DNA of 64,000 bases from Lama guanicoe (Eukaryota): positions 623,775-687,774 of the forward strand of contig MU053994.1 of NCBI GenBank assembly GCA_013239625.1. Reading direction: 5' to 3'. A model generated the notes under the pieces. That model was not told the origin of the DNA, did not search any database, and saw only the letters and a program-made list of their open reading frames with translations. Shown here one piece after another: positions 40,191 through 53,110 of the stretch (within the stretch, counting starts at the first letter, position 1; each line of letters starts with the position of its first letter). The translations under genes were made by a program, and so were the position numbers.

Positions 40191-41210
40191 AAGAAAGAAA
40201 AAAGAAAGGAACTCAGACTGGAGAGGAAGAAGTGAACCTGTCTCTATGCACAAGTGGCATGATTATTTATGTAGAAATTCCTAAAGAATCTATGAAATAA
40301 CTCCTGAGGTTAGCAAGGTTGCAAAATACAAAGTCATAACACAAAAAAATCACTTGTATTTCTACATGCTAACAAGGAATCATTAGAAAATGAAATTTTT
40401 AAAAAACACCATTTCCAATAGCTCCAGAAAATGAAATACTTAAGTACAATTGACCCTAAGACAACACAGGATTGAACTATGCAGGTCCACTTATGCAGAT
40501 TTTTTTCAGTAAGTACACAGCCAGCCCTCTACACCTGGAGGTTCCACATTGGCTGATTCCATATGTGTTTCTGATCTGCAATTGGTTGAATCCATGGATA
40601 CAGACCTCATGGATGTGGAAGGCCTACTATGGGACTTGAACATCTGTGGATTTTGGTATCAGCAGCAGGTCCTGGAACTAATCCCCTGCTGATACCAAAA
40701 GATGACTCTATCAATCTAAAAAAAAAATATGTACATGATCTATATACAGAAAACTTCAAAATGCTGATGGAAGAAGTAAAAAAGGATCCATGTAAGGAGA
40801 GATCACCGTGTTTGTGGATTAGAAGATTTAAAACAGTAAAGATGTCAATTCTCCCCAAATTGATCAATAGATTTAACACTATTCCAATCAGAATCCCAGC
40901 AGGCTTTTTTGGTAGATGTAGACATGCTTGTTCTCAAGTTTATATGGAATTTGTAACCAAAATAATTTTGAAAAAGAAGAAGAAAGTTGGAAGAAGCCCA
41001 CTACCCAATTTTGAGGCTATTTACAAAGCTATGGTAATCAAAATAATGTGGTATTGTTGAAAGGACAGCACATAGATCAGGGAACCAGAACAGAGAACAA
41101 AGAAACAGACCAGCAAAAAAACTGCCAGTTAATTTTTGAAAAAAGCACAAAGGAAATTCAGTGGAGTTTATTATATGTCAAGTATATCTCAATAAAGCTG
41201 TTTAAAAAAA
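39501..41210 (+). mobile_element. Older L1 ORF2 fragment, right part, with (GAAA/GA)n at 40143-40209
   Basis: Resumes tccaggcccagatgatttcactggtgagttctacc ([11 protein letters not shown]); LLFNIILVVLASAIRQ; KMSILPKLINRFNTIPIRIP. Confidence 0.85.
40447..40708. mobile_element. TcMar-Tigger MITE (MER2/MER8-like) inserted in the older L1
   Basis: ta|caattgacc...ggattttggtatc...cctggaactaatcccc..gataccaaaagatgactc|ta with TA duplication; flanks rejoin as L1 aaatacttaagta/tcaatcta. Confidence 0.75.
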
Positions 41211-42044
41211 ACACCCTGTATATTCCTCTCACTTTTTTTTTGTTAATTTCAGGAATTTCAGAAATGTTAAGTGCATGAAGGAGGTCTTTGGGATTCACAG
41301 AAATGGGAAATTATTTGGGATGCTGCAGCTGTTCCTTCAAGCTTCCTTATCCCAACTTAGAAACTAGATAAAAATTGTTCTGCCACTTGCTCCTCATGTG
41401 ATCAGTATCCTTATTAGGCATCAGGCATTGAATTTAACATTAGGTCCTGGAGAAAAAATAATATATGATAATATAAAATAATCCATCTCAGATTAGAAAT
41501 GAATTCAAGGCAAAAATCAAGGTCAAAGTAAATCTCTTAGGTATTGACAGCACCAGGGAACACTGAAGCCCTTTGTTATGGGGCACAAGTGATGCAAGTT
41601 CCTTGAAATGAAAGGACAGAAGAACACTTGAGGGCAGAAAAAGTAGGCAGTGGGAGATTTTTTTAGGGAGACCTAAAAACCAGGCTGGCTTGGAAAAGCA
41701 TGGTGGGAGACACCCACGTTCACTTGAGCTTACAGTAAATGACCTGCCTCAAATTGCTAGTGGCCAGTGGTTACCTAACAGTCATGGCCAGCAATTTGTG
41801 GGTGTCTGTCACATAAAGTCCACTGAGGGCGAGAGAAAAATTGGCTCGTCAGCCATTTTCTACCAGGAACAGAAATCTGTGCAAGTTGTTTTTTTAGGAG
41901 TTAGAACCATAACTCATATTTGCACTGTACACTACGATCACGTCCCTAGGAGAGCAGGTGGCATTGTTCACATCTGGCAGATGACAGCGGAAAATGATCA
42001 AGTTCACCCAGCGAGTAGGTGGATAATGCTGTCAAGCATCTTCT

Positions 42045-42425
42045 CACAGACCTTCTTTGGTAAAGTGTCTGTTAAAATATTTCGCCCACCCTTTAATCTA
42101 GGTCACTTGTTTTCTTATTATTGAGTTTAGAGAGCTCTTTATATCTTCTGGATAAAAATTCTTTATCAGATATGTCTTTTGCGCATATGTTCTTCAGTCT
42201 GTGGCTTGTGTTCTTTTCATTCTCTTAACTGTGTCTTTCAAAAACAGAAGTTTTAAATCTGAATGAAGTACATTTTTTGGACTTTTTATAGATTGTGCTT
42301 CTGATGTCATAACTAAGAAAGCCTTGTCTAGCTCAAGCTCGCAAAGATTTTCTCCCATATCATCATCAAGAAGTTTTATAGCTGTAGGTTTCTAATCTAG
42401 GTCTACAATCCATTTTGAGTTCCTT
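42045..42425 (-). mobile_element. Old L1 ORF2 fragment
   Basis: ttatatcttctggataaaaattctttatcagatatgtcttttgc...gaagttttatag...atccattttgagt is antisense L1. Confidence 0.75.
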
Positions 42426-42721
42426 TTTCTTTAATAAAGTCTGCGTTTGATGAAGATACGAGAAAGAAGTACTGGGGAGAAAAGGATGGAGGTGGTGCTA
42501 GTACTAAAGCACTGGGAAATGAACCTTGGATATTCCTAGGACTATACAGATTTATTCAGTTCTATGGACTTGCAGTGAATCTGGGCATGCCACATTCTGT
42601 AGTTAAACAGCCTAATACATTTGGATAGCTAGCCTGGGGTCCAGCATTTACTCAGAATGCACCCAGCAAACATCCTGGGAAATTAAGCTCACATTTCCAG
42701 TATGCTCTTCCAAACGAGCCC

Positions 42722-43255
42722 TGTAGGGCATTGCTTGCAAAGGTGGCCACTGACAATTCCTCCCGCCCTGTACATCTTCCCGTGCTAAGATGTGGAGCCT
42801 CTCCACTACCACCACCACCCTGAATCTAGGCCTGCTTTGCAATTTGCTTTGATGACTAGAGTGTGACAGAAGTGATGTGCCAAGGCCTTAAGAGCTCTGG
42901 CAGCTTTGGCTGTCATCCCCTGGGTAGCCATCTGCATGTTAAAAAGTCCATTTACTCTGCTGGAGAGAAAGGCAGCATGGGGGTGGGGTGGGGGGAGAGG
43001 AGACATAGAGAACAGGAGACTGCAAAGCACAGAGAGAGGCCCAGCCATCCCAGCCACCCAGTCATCCCACATCAAGTGCCGGACATGGGAGTGGAGCCAT
43101 CTTGGATTTGCCAGCCACCATCATGCTGAGCAGAGATGGGCCGTCCCCACGGAGTCCTGCCCAAACTATAGGATGGGGAACGAATAAATCGGAGCTGCTG
43201 TTTTCAGCCACTAAGCTTTAGGATGGTTTCTTACACAGCAAGAGATACCTGAAGC
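42722..43255 (+). mobile_element. MLT1-type MaLR solo LTR
   Basis: tgtaggg...tgacagaagtgatgtgccaagg...gagtcctgcccaaa...aataaa..ttttcagccactaagctttaggatggtttcttacacagca. Confidence 0.7.
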
Positions 43256-45357
43256 AGTCCCCCAGCTTCCCCATAGAGGTCTGCCTTACAGTTCACCGGC
43301 TAACCTGGAGAGCTGTGTTCGGCAGGAATCAACTCAGCAGCAGAAAGAACTTTGAATTGAACGCTAAAATCTTGGGCTGGGTTCCTGCTTAGCCGCTGTT
43401 TGTGTGAATGCCCCCGAAGCAGACTCTCACATGCGGTGCAAGTAGTTCATCCGGAAGGAGCCCCAGGAAGCACGAGACTGATGGGGAAAGAGAGACGGAG
43501 AAGGGAGGGAAAGCAATCACTGTGCTGTTTGCTGGGCAACCGCGGCTCCATCCTGCTGGGGCCCCTTCCTCCCTCTCTTGCACCCCAACATCGGCTTTAT
43601 GTTATTTCTTGCCCCACTGAGGCTTTATTTCACCCGGGGGAAAAAAAGACTAGCGGTCAGGTGGGGCGCTGACTACAGCGTGGCCCCGGCCAGGCATGAG
43701 CTCTCAGGGGCGGCCTTGCCGCCGCAGCTGCTTCACCTGACAGAACGGTCCTTCTTCTATTCCAACTCTTCTGCACCAGACCCCGAAGGGATCACTTTTG
43801 GCAAAGCTGACAGTCCCTGCGGTCCCCCGGCACTCTGCCTTTAATTAGCAGAGACAATTAAGACAGCACGTGGCTTATGAAATTTTAATTGTGGCCATAT
43901 TTTACACAGCTAACGAAAAGCAAATGAAAGGCTAACTTTATACATGAAAGCGTTACTCTCATCCAAGGGAAAATAATATTTTTTTTTCAGTTTAGTCTCC
44001 TTCCATTGTTTAATTTTAGGCCCACTGCCTAAAGCTGGAAGAGAGGAGAAACAGGAATAAAAAGACGGGCATGTAACTAATGCCAACCCCGGTTCCCCCC
44101 AACGGGCATTCCCGGGGGCCTGGAGCCTGGCTGTTGGCATTCGCCACAGGCAGACCCCAGAAAGGCCTGGCCTGTAAAGTAAAACCAGACAGCGGAACAA
44201 AAGCAACAGCATATGGTCTTCCAAAGGCTCAACTGTCCTCCTCCTCCACGGAGGTCAACTAAGACACAGTCAAAATCCAAGAAAGGAGGGAGGCTGCGGC
44301 AGAAGGTTCCAGATCGAAGCGCTGGCTCAGGGAGATGCTGAGCTGGATCTGAGCTCTCTCCTGCTCCATATTCACACTTCGGGGGTGGAGCCGGCATCAA
44401 ATCACCTCCGTCGCCTGGCAAATGAGGTGATTTTGCATCTTTACAATTCTGTTCAGAAGGCAAAACCAAATCAAGAACCCGCCCATCCACATCAGCGGGT
44501 GAGGTCTTGAGGCCTCACCACCATTTAAACAAAGAGAGATCAAAGGTCTGGGAAGAGAACGCGGCGATTCCTCTCACCTCACCCTCAAGTGAAAATCACT
44601 CACTGGGATTTTCAGACTCAGTGATAACACAGCAGTTACAGACTCTCTGACGGCAAAGAATGAAAACTGTTCAACTGCAGGCCCAAGGCTGTGATACCAC
44701 TGGCCCTGATAGCAAAGGAGAAAGTTCTGGAACAAGAGGGAGTGAACTGAGCTCTGAGAAGGAACGTACAGCTGCCAGGGCTGAGAGGCACTGCCCGGGG
44801 ACAAACCATCTCCTCAGATCCAGAAGCTTCCTGAGGCTTTCCCACGGACAGGAGGAGGGCCACTCGCTGTGTGCATGGGCACTCGCAAAAGCCATTTGGA
44901 CCTGACTGGCCTGGAAAGATGGACTTGGGATTTGCATGAGGAAGTTTTTCTGATGAAAGTGTATTCTGAAAGGAGGAAAGGTTCAGAGGAAGAGAGAAGA
45001 CATCCCAATAGCTGTCCCCAGCTTTCTTCACATTTTAATCCACAAAAACGTTTCAAAGAACACGTTTGCAACAGCCAAACGTTGGTGGCTTTCAACTGGA
45101 GGAAGCTTCTTTTAATCAAATATGCATAGCACTGCCTAGCAGACCAGATGTGGGACAGACGGCGCTCCCCAAAGGTTTTTTCTTTTTTTCCCTTAGGTCT
45201 GCGGTGGTCACTGCCACCAGGAAATGCTGCAGGCAATTCAATGTCATTTTCCCAAATGTCTGTCCTGAAACCAAAAACACAGTTCCCTTTAAAGATAACA
45301 AATGTGAAATACTTATCTATTGAGATGCTGTGAGAAAACAACTTAGAAAGGTCCACA

Positions 45358-45550
45358 CCAATGGTTCTCACACCTGGGCAGGCATCAGAAGCACCTGGAG
45401 GGTTTGTTCAAACGGTTGCTGGGCCCACCTCCCCCTACGCCCAGCTTCTGATTCAGCACCTCTGGGGTGGGGCCTGAGAATGGATGTATCTGATAAGTGT
45501 GCTGGTGCTGCTGCTGCTGCTGGTCTGGGGACCACAATCTGAGATTCTGC
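45358..45550. mobile_element. MER5A-like hAT MITE
   Basis: atggttctca...ttctgattcagcacctctggggtggggcctgagaa...ggggaccaca. Confidence 0.75.
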
Positions 45551-46367
45551 GGTCCTCACTATTTGTTCTCTCCCAGAGAGTAACAATGACAGTAGAGGAT
45601 CAACGCCCCTGAGCTGGCCTGCAGTGAAGAAACCTATGGAACACAACACTTCTCCACTTATTTACCATGCCTTCTGCTGCCCTAGGACATCTAGGAATCT
45701 CTTTGAGAAGCAGCACTTTAAGAAAGCCACTTTTGGAAAATGTTCCAGTAGGGATGGTCCTGACCAGCAGAAAGATCACAGGCTCCTGAAGGAACAGCCA
45801 CCAGCAGAAGACAGATGTCCTAGTCAAGCCCTCAGCAGCGATCAAGGGTAAGAGGCAGTGGAGGGTGGCGGGCCATACCTTATAGCAGGATGCTGGCAGG
45901 GAGGCAGATCGGGAGGGCCCTGAGCCTGTGGTCCAGAAATCCAGGCAGCATCCAGAAAGTCTGTCGGCAGGTAGCCAAGGCCAGTCTGCCTCCAGCTTTG
46001 GATTAGGACACCAGGCCTTGGCCAAGAATTGGTGAAAATGAGATAGGGTCCTGGTTTCTAGATGGGCTAAGATATCAGGTGGTTACCAAGCCTCAAACAT
46101 GGGGAATGAGACAGCCAGTTATCTTTTATCTGTCAGGTGAAGACCAGTATGGTGTACAGCGCTAGTCACAGCATGCTGGCCTGGACATCTTAAAAGACTC
46201 CCTGACTAAGGCCAAGATGAGTCCTGAGCTGAGCTTCATGGTGATGGAGAAGCAGCCCCAAACACCTAGGGATCTTATTAAAGGTAGGTTCTGACTTCAA
46301 AGGTCTGATTTCTATATTCTGTAAAGCTCCCAGGGAAGGCTGACTCTAAGCAGCAAGGCCCTGGTTA

Positions 46368-46689
46368 AGGGGTTGGCCAACTTTTTCTGTAAAGGGCCAG
46401 AGAGTAAGTACTTTCAGCTTTGCAGGCCATGTGGTCTCTGTCACGGCCGCCCAACTTTTCCACTGATCACCAAGTAGCCACAGAAAACATCCAAACGAAT
46501 GAGATGGCTGCGTTCCAATGACATCAATATTTGAATTTCATATAATTGTCACGTGTTATGAAATATTATTCTCCTTTTGATTTTTTCCAGCCACTTTAAA
46601 ATTTAAACACCATTCTTAGTTCACTGGTCATTCAAAACCAAGTGGTGCAGTCCTATTCGGCCTGCCCAGACTTAGTTTGCAGACTCCTG
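46368..46689. mobile_element. MER58(B)-like hAT-Charlie MITE
   Basis: ggggttggccaactttttctgtaaagggccag...tagtttgcagactcctg terminal inverted repeats. Confidence 0.8.
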
Positions 46690-47563
46690 ACCTAGATGAC
46701 CGGTCCGCATCCCAGATCTGCCAAAGCAGAACACATAGAGGTAGGGGGTCAGGGAAACCTCCTTTCATCAGACTCCTCCATCATCCTAATTCAGCCTGTC
46801 CAAATACCATCGCTGGGCTGGGAACCACTTACCCATTCAAACCCGTGAAACAGTGGGAGGCCCCCTTTTAGTGCTAAAAGTTCAGTCTTCCTGACTTGCC
46901 CAGTTCGAGGACTTTGCGGGGGTTTACATGAGGGGGAGAGTGTACCTTCCTGACTTCCCCACTGGTGTCAATGTCACCCATCCTCCAAGGTGCTGCTTCC
47001 TCCCTAACCCCAGCTGCATCGGTTTCTGTGCAAAGATGTGTAGCCCCTGTGTCTTTAAGGGTTGGTCAGTTGCAGAAATTCTCAACCCCAGGACCAGGTC
47101 TTGCTAGAGAGGCAGGAGCGGCCCTAATCACACTCATGTGGCCTTTCTTAAAGAGCCGAAGTTATGTCTAAGCTAAGCTGAGCTGCAGGGCAAAGCCAGC
47201 AAGGACCCCATTAGCCATGGACCAAGCCGGGCTGCGCTGTCGCTGCTGGAGGTCAGGCTAGGCAGGAGCTGCACTCCAGGCAGGAGGACTTCAAAGGAGA
47301 TGAAGTCAAGGGCCCCCCGAAGGGTAGGGTTTGTTTTTGAGTTAGAAGAGGGATCAGAAAACGAAAGGCTGAACATGCTTATCTCAGGAATGTCGGGGAC
47401 TTAGGAAAGGAAGTCTAGAGGATGCGATGATAAAGACAAAGCCAAGAGGAGAAGGGAGCGAGGAGGGGCCGTTATAAACAGGCCAGCTGCCCTGTCTTGG
47501 CAGAGGGCTGAACTCATCCAGCTGACCCATCCTTCTCAATTTCACTGTCTATAAGGACCTTCA

Positions 47564-47652
47564 GGGGGAGAGTATAGCTCAGTGGTAGAGCGCATGCTTA
47601 GCATGCACGAGGTCCTGGGCTCAATCCCCAGTACCACCATTTAAAAAAAAAG
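47564..47652 (+). mobile_element. Short tRNA-Ala-derived SINE (head plus A-tail) inserted in a MER5-like fragment
   Basis: gtatagctcagtggtagagcgcatgcttagcatgcacgaggtcctgggctcaatccccagtacc followed by an A run. Confidence 0.88.
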
Positions 47653-48106
47653 AAAGAACAATCATTGGAGGGATCTCATTAAAATGTACATGCTGATTTG
47701 ATAGGTCTGGAGTGGGGCCTGACCTTCTGACTTGCTTACTCTGCTCTCAGGTGACGCAAGGATTCAAGCAGGTGAGGACATCACCAACATGCAAGCACAG
47801 CATTTTGTTCTGTTTTCCTTTTTGATAGTTGCAAGCTGTCGAAGAACATGGGGCCCACAGCTCTGTCCCATCGGGGGCTGAGCTCCTGACATCCAAGATT
47901 GCCATGCATGTATCTGGTTGTTCAGGGAGCTGTCTACACCACAGCCCCCACTGTCACACCCACCCAATGAGCAAGCAGGTCTCAAACTGCACTGCCCTCC
48001 ACTCTTTAAGTCTCAAGTCCTGCCTCTGTCCTTTTCCTAATTAGCACATCTGTCCCAGACCGAGCATTGTGCCCATAGCATTACACATGCCTAGACAGAG
48101 CACCTT

Positions 48107-48253
48107 TTTTTCTTTCTTTCTTTTTTTTTATTGAAATATAGTTGATTTATACTATTGTGTTAGTTTCTGGTTCACAGCAAAGTGATTCAGTTATACATAT
48201 TCTTTTTCACATCCTTTTCCATTATGGCTTATTGCAAGATATTTAGTTCCCTG
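48107..48253 (-). mobile_element. Short L1 3'-end insertion
   Basis: Poly-T then attgaaatatagttgattta...gttccctg; TSD cagagcacctt at 48096-48106 and 48254-48264. Confidence 0.85.
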
Positions 48254-48454
48254 CAGAGCACCTTCTTCTAATCTGTCCAGAGCACCTTATGCACTAGCGG
48301 TGCCCTACAGCCAGCAGTGAGTGAGTGAGTGGGTGGCAGCCATCCTTAGGTGACTCGTGCCAGTCTGTTGCCACAGTTGGCAGCGCAGACACTGCTTTTT
48401 CACGCAACCCTTGCGTGAAAGCTACTAAGGAACTGAGGTATAATAACATCACTT

Positions 48455-49130
48455 AACCAAAAAAATAGATAATATTAAGAGCTGATGAAGATGGAGAGAA
48501 ATCGGAACCATTGCACACTACTGGTGGGAATGTAAAAGGGTACAGTCACTTTGGAAAACAGTCTGGCAGACCTTCTAATGGTTAAACATAGTTACCATAT
48601 GACCCAGCCAGCCCACTCCCAGGTATCTACCCAAGAAAAATGAAAACATATGTGCACACAGAAACTTGTATATGAATATTCATTGCAGAATTACTCATAA
48701 TAACCAAAAAGTGGAAACCGCTCAAATGTCCATCAATTGATGAAATGGATAAAATGTGGTCTATGCATACAATGGAATATGGTTCGGCCATAAAAAGGAG
48801 TCAAGTTCTGACACCTGCTACAACATGGATGAATCGTGAAAGCGTTATGCTAAGCGAAAGAAGTCAGACACAAAAAGACAAATAGTGTGTGATTCCATTT
48901 ATGTGGGATGTTAAAAATAGAAAAATCTATATGGACAGAAAATATTTCAGCGGTTGCCTAGGGCCATGGAGAGGAGGTGGGGAGTAATGGCTAAGGGGTG
49001 TGGGTAATGAAAATGTTCTAAATTGTGGTGGACACACAACTCTAGAAGACATTAAAAAATCACTGAACTGGTTTAAATGGATAAGCAGTATGGTATGTGG
49101 ATTAAATCACAATAAAGCTGTTAAAAATAT
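48455..49130 (+). mobile_element. L1MB/MC-like 3' fragment
   Basis: ctggtgggaatgtaaaa..accatatgacccagc..caacatggatgaatc..acaataaagctgttaaaaa. Confidence 0.85.
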
Positions 49131-52100
49131 TATGACATATCCATTACGGAGCTCAAAACAAGTGGCATAGAGAGGGAGCCCTTGGGACCTCGACAAGAAG
49201 GGGTAAAGACCGGCCTTGAGGCAACGACTTCTCAGAACCGGTGAGGAACACGCAAGTAGCCCCAGGTGTGAGACTCTGAGGCTGCAGCCGACACTGACAA
49301 GAACGACCAGGCAGAAATCCACGAGGCCGGGGCTCAGGGAGCGCCCGTGGTACCTGCCAGTCCCCAGGGCCCGGCCCGGTGCCTAACTTGTAGCGGCCAC
49401 GCAAAAGCTGAATTTAGTACCTGCCTTTAATAGAGGAAAAGGGAATCCTGGAGTCACCAGACGGAGTTCTAAACCTTGCTCTGCTTCTCACTCCCTGTGT
49501 GACCCCAGACAAATCTCTCCAACTCGCTGAACCTCAGAGGCTCCTCACTAAGACGTGGGGAGTTCCATCTTGGGTGCCCTCTCAATCTGAGATTCCACAT
49601 GAATTAGGAGGCCCAGGCCAGGGAGCCTGGATGTGGACAAGAGACCCCTGTGCAAATCCAGATGGAGCCTGAGACATCCAGTCAGCAGTGCAGCCCCATC
49701 TGGAGGCGTGCTCCCCTGGAGATTTCATCCCACAGACCCCCCCCAAAAGCCCCCCTGGGGGCCGGGCTCCCTGCTTGGCCATGAGGACACAAAATGAATG
49801 AGACCCTAGTGTCTGTCCATGTGGCTGGGGACGTTGGTCCATGAGTAGCTAAGGGTGAAACAGTATGATCCTACTTTTTGGAAAGCTGAGTTAAAAATCT
49901 AAGTGGCAACAGGATTTTAACATTGGATACATGAAGGGATTGAAGCCTTTGTCTGACAAATGCTGAGTCAGTGGCAACAAGTCTGTCAGAGTTCCTATAC
50001 CGAACGGCCACACTGGGGGCAGAGTCTCAGAAGGTCGGGGATGTGGCCACGCCACCACTTCCTCGCCACTACTCAATGGACCTGCTAAACCTTGGCTCAA
50101 TCCTCGCCCTGTGGCCCTAATTTAACCAGTGTTTTTGAACATCCTTGAATCAGTTACATACTTGCCAGTTATAGGGTCATTCACCTCAGCCACCCACACA
50201 GTAAGCGGCAGCCTGAGTCATCCAGCAGAGGGTCCTGGATGTGATGGGCACTGAAGAGATGGATGCTCGTCAGGCACAAGTGGACAGACACTGCAAAGAG
50301 CCAGTGACAACAGGGGAAAACAACATGGGACCCATCACACTGGGACACATGGGTCACTGTAGGAGCAGGGCCAAAGAAACGTGCAACCATCTCTCAAGGC
50401 TAAGGCAAAAAGTCCGCCCCCAAATTCTATGTTTGGATCTGTCTGACTATTACTCATAAAAAAAGTTTTAAAACCAATATACTCAATTTACAACCCCAAA
50501 CCTTTCAGATAATCCAAGCCACTGTGTCCAAGCACATTTATCTTCTCCCTGGAGAACAATGCATAAAGAGGCATCCAGTATGAGCTAAGGATTACGGGTG
50601 AGTGAATCACTCGGCTCGGGAAGCAGTGTTCCAGAGATTTCTGAGGCCAGAGTGCGCCGGGCACCCGTAAGACCCAGGTGCAAGCAATTATCATCTGGAC
50701 AACTTGGGAGTTTAGCAAACCTCCTGCTGACTTTTCTCACGCACAAGTTTATCCTCAAATCTTTATCTGAAAATCCTGCCCCTCACTCCAGTTCCCTCCA
50801 GTTTCTAAGTCTCCTAGAATAGCATCCTAAGGTGATATGAAATTTAAAAGCTTCAGTGATGAACTATGCCCTGATTGTTGCCTGTCCAAACGAATCTTTT
50901 GTTCAGAGTCCTGCAAATTTCCTCTGATATTTTGCTCTCACGCATTTCTTTTTCTTTGGGGATCAGCATCTTGGAAATTCTGGTTAAATCCTGCAGGGCT
51001 ATTTGAAATCGAATTGTTGATTTCCTGTCACAGTTACTTCATTCAATCAACCCACAAATATTGACGAAAGCTCGTGCCCCAAGTCCCAGACACTGTGCTA
51101 AGTGAGGGCTCCAACAAGTAGTCAGCCCAGACCTGAAGGTAATTACAACCTATGATTATGACTGCTCTGTTTGGGGTCGCTTCTTAAATGAGAATGGGAA
51201 ATTGTACCACTGGTTGTAATGCAGGAGGCCACGTGGTCATTGGTTCAAAGTCTCCCTACTCTGGCAATCTCATCTGACTTTCTGTGTGGACTTTTGTGCC
51301 CGTGCATTCTGTGCACATTTTCTCAGATAACTCACGAAGATGACCCAGTGAGTAGTGGTTTTGAATTAGGATCGGGCTTTCTCCCCCAGAAAAAGAACAC
51401 CTACCCAGATTTTGGTTTCCAGTTTCAAAATGTTCTTAGAGAAGGAAGCCCAGGGACCCCCCTAAGTTAACCTTCCTTGGGCCTGGAGTGTCACTAACAC
51501 TGGCACCAGTATCTATCAACATCATTCTTCGACCTCCAGGCTATGTCCCTGCAAGGGACTCTTCCTTTCTGTGGTCCCAGGGCCTGTCAACCCATCTGTG
51601 TTATATAACATTTACCACCTTAGATAACCTGGTGTCTATTTCCTCATGAGACAGAAAGCTACTGACAGAAGGAATTCCCTACCTTTTTCATCCTGGTATC
51701 CTCAGCACTCCATCCTCCTGTGTCCATGAAAAAGACAATCTCTGGGTAGAGCCCAGGTTCCATGAGACAAGGCAAAAACTGATTCCATTTCAGAGCTAAA
51801 TTCAAGTATCCAAGAGAAAAACTCAATCTTAAAAGACCCCATAAACAATTACCCATAAAACAACGGCCTATAAAAGCCTACAGTCAAGAAATGACCCAAT
51901 CAAGAACTGAGGGGCTGGCTTGAGAAATTCCTTACGAACTGGAACTCAGGTGAGGTGATTAGTCACAATGCAATTGTGGAAACGAATTTCACCTGTGTGT
52001 TGATCATCATTTGGCAGCTACCATTTCATACTAAGTTACAACCAGGCAAGAGTCAATCTTGTTCTGTTGCAACTCAATCTTCACTTTCAATGACCCATCT

Positions 52101-52994
52101 GAGCTGCATTCTCTGAAAGGGGAATTGATGTAGCACACACGTTTGCGTTTATTAAGGAAACCATTCAACCGCTTTGGAAGGGGCTGCAGCAAAGCAGCCA
52201 ACAAAAATAGTAAATGCAAACTCCAGCTCATGGCTGCAGTCCGTCTCTCGTCTTACAGCCCTCAACAGAGAAGGTTATTCCTTAAAGGGAGGGCGTTTGT
52301 GGATTTAAAATCAAACTCGACAGCCAGCAAGGCATCACCCCATGTATGCAGATTCACGGTGGCACAAGCCCTGTTGACCTGCACACACGTTTCTCTCAGC
52401 TCTTTCGGCCAGTGGTCCATCAGCTGAATTACAGGGAACTGTTAACTCAATAAGCACAAATATCTACTTGGCTCCAGGGCCTTGGCGAGGCACCATGGGA
52501 AAGACAAAGGGGGCTGAGACAGAGCCATGCCCTGCCTTCACCAGCTCAGAATCTGAGAGAAGGGCAAAGGAAGCATTACTTATTGTAATGTATGGCGTGC
52601 CTGATAAATAGCACGAGAGAGATGAAACACTGTGGGTGTTTAAAGGAAGGCACAAGCTTCCCATTCAAAGGATAAAGGAGCAGTTTCATCAAAGTGGGGG
52701 TCGTGCTGGTCGGTGAGCAGAATTTGGACAGACAGGTGGCTGGGGGCAAGCATTCCAGGTACAGGAAGCAGTAATCACCCAGAAGAGGCCAAATGTGACT
52801 CCAGGTCTATAGAAACAGGGGGTCTACTTTGGCCAGATTTTAGGAAGCCAGGAAAGGACTGGAAAATCAGGCCGCAAGCAAATTGTACAGTCCCCTGAAA
52901 ACAGCAAACTTTCTAGTTCACTTGAGAGAGGGCAGGGAGCGGTTGTTCTACGTTTCTGAGTAGGAGAGTAATGCAATCATAACAGTACTAAAGC

Positions 52995-53076
52995 GGGGGA
53001 GGGTATGGCTCAGTGGTAGAGCGTGTGCTTAGCATGCATGAGGTCCTGGGTTCAATTCCCCAGTACCTCCATTTAA

Positions 53077-53110
<34 letters not shown>
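52995..53110 (+). mobile_element. tRNA-Ala-derived SINE with an A-to-(CA)n tail
   Basis: Intact A box (tggctcagtgg) and B box (ggttcaattcc); (CA)14 at 53081-53108; TSD agtactaaag at 52984-52993 and 53116-53125. Confidence 0.9.

Noticed and set aside
47564..47640. tRNA-Ala(AGC) gene call (also at 52995 and 63654)
   Set aside because: Acceptor-stem mismatches, a mutated T-loop in this copy, A-rich tails and TSD-like flanks identify them as tRNA-derived SINEs
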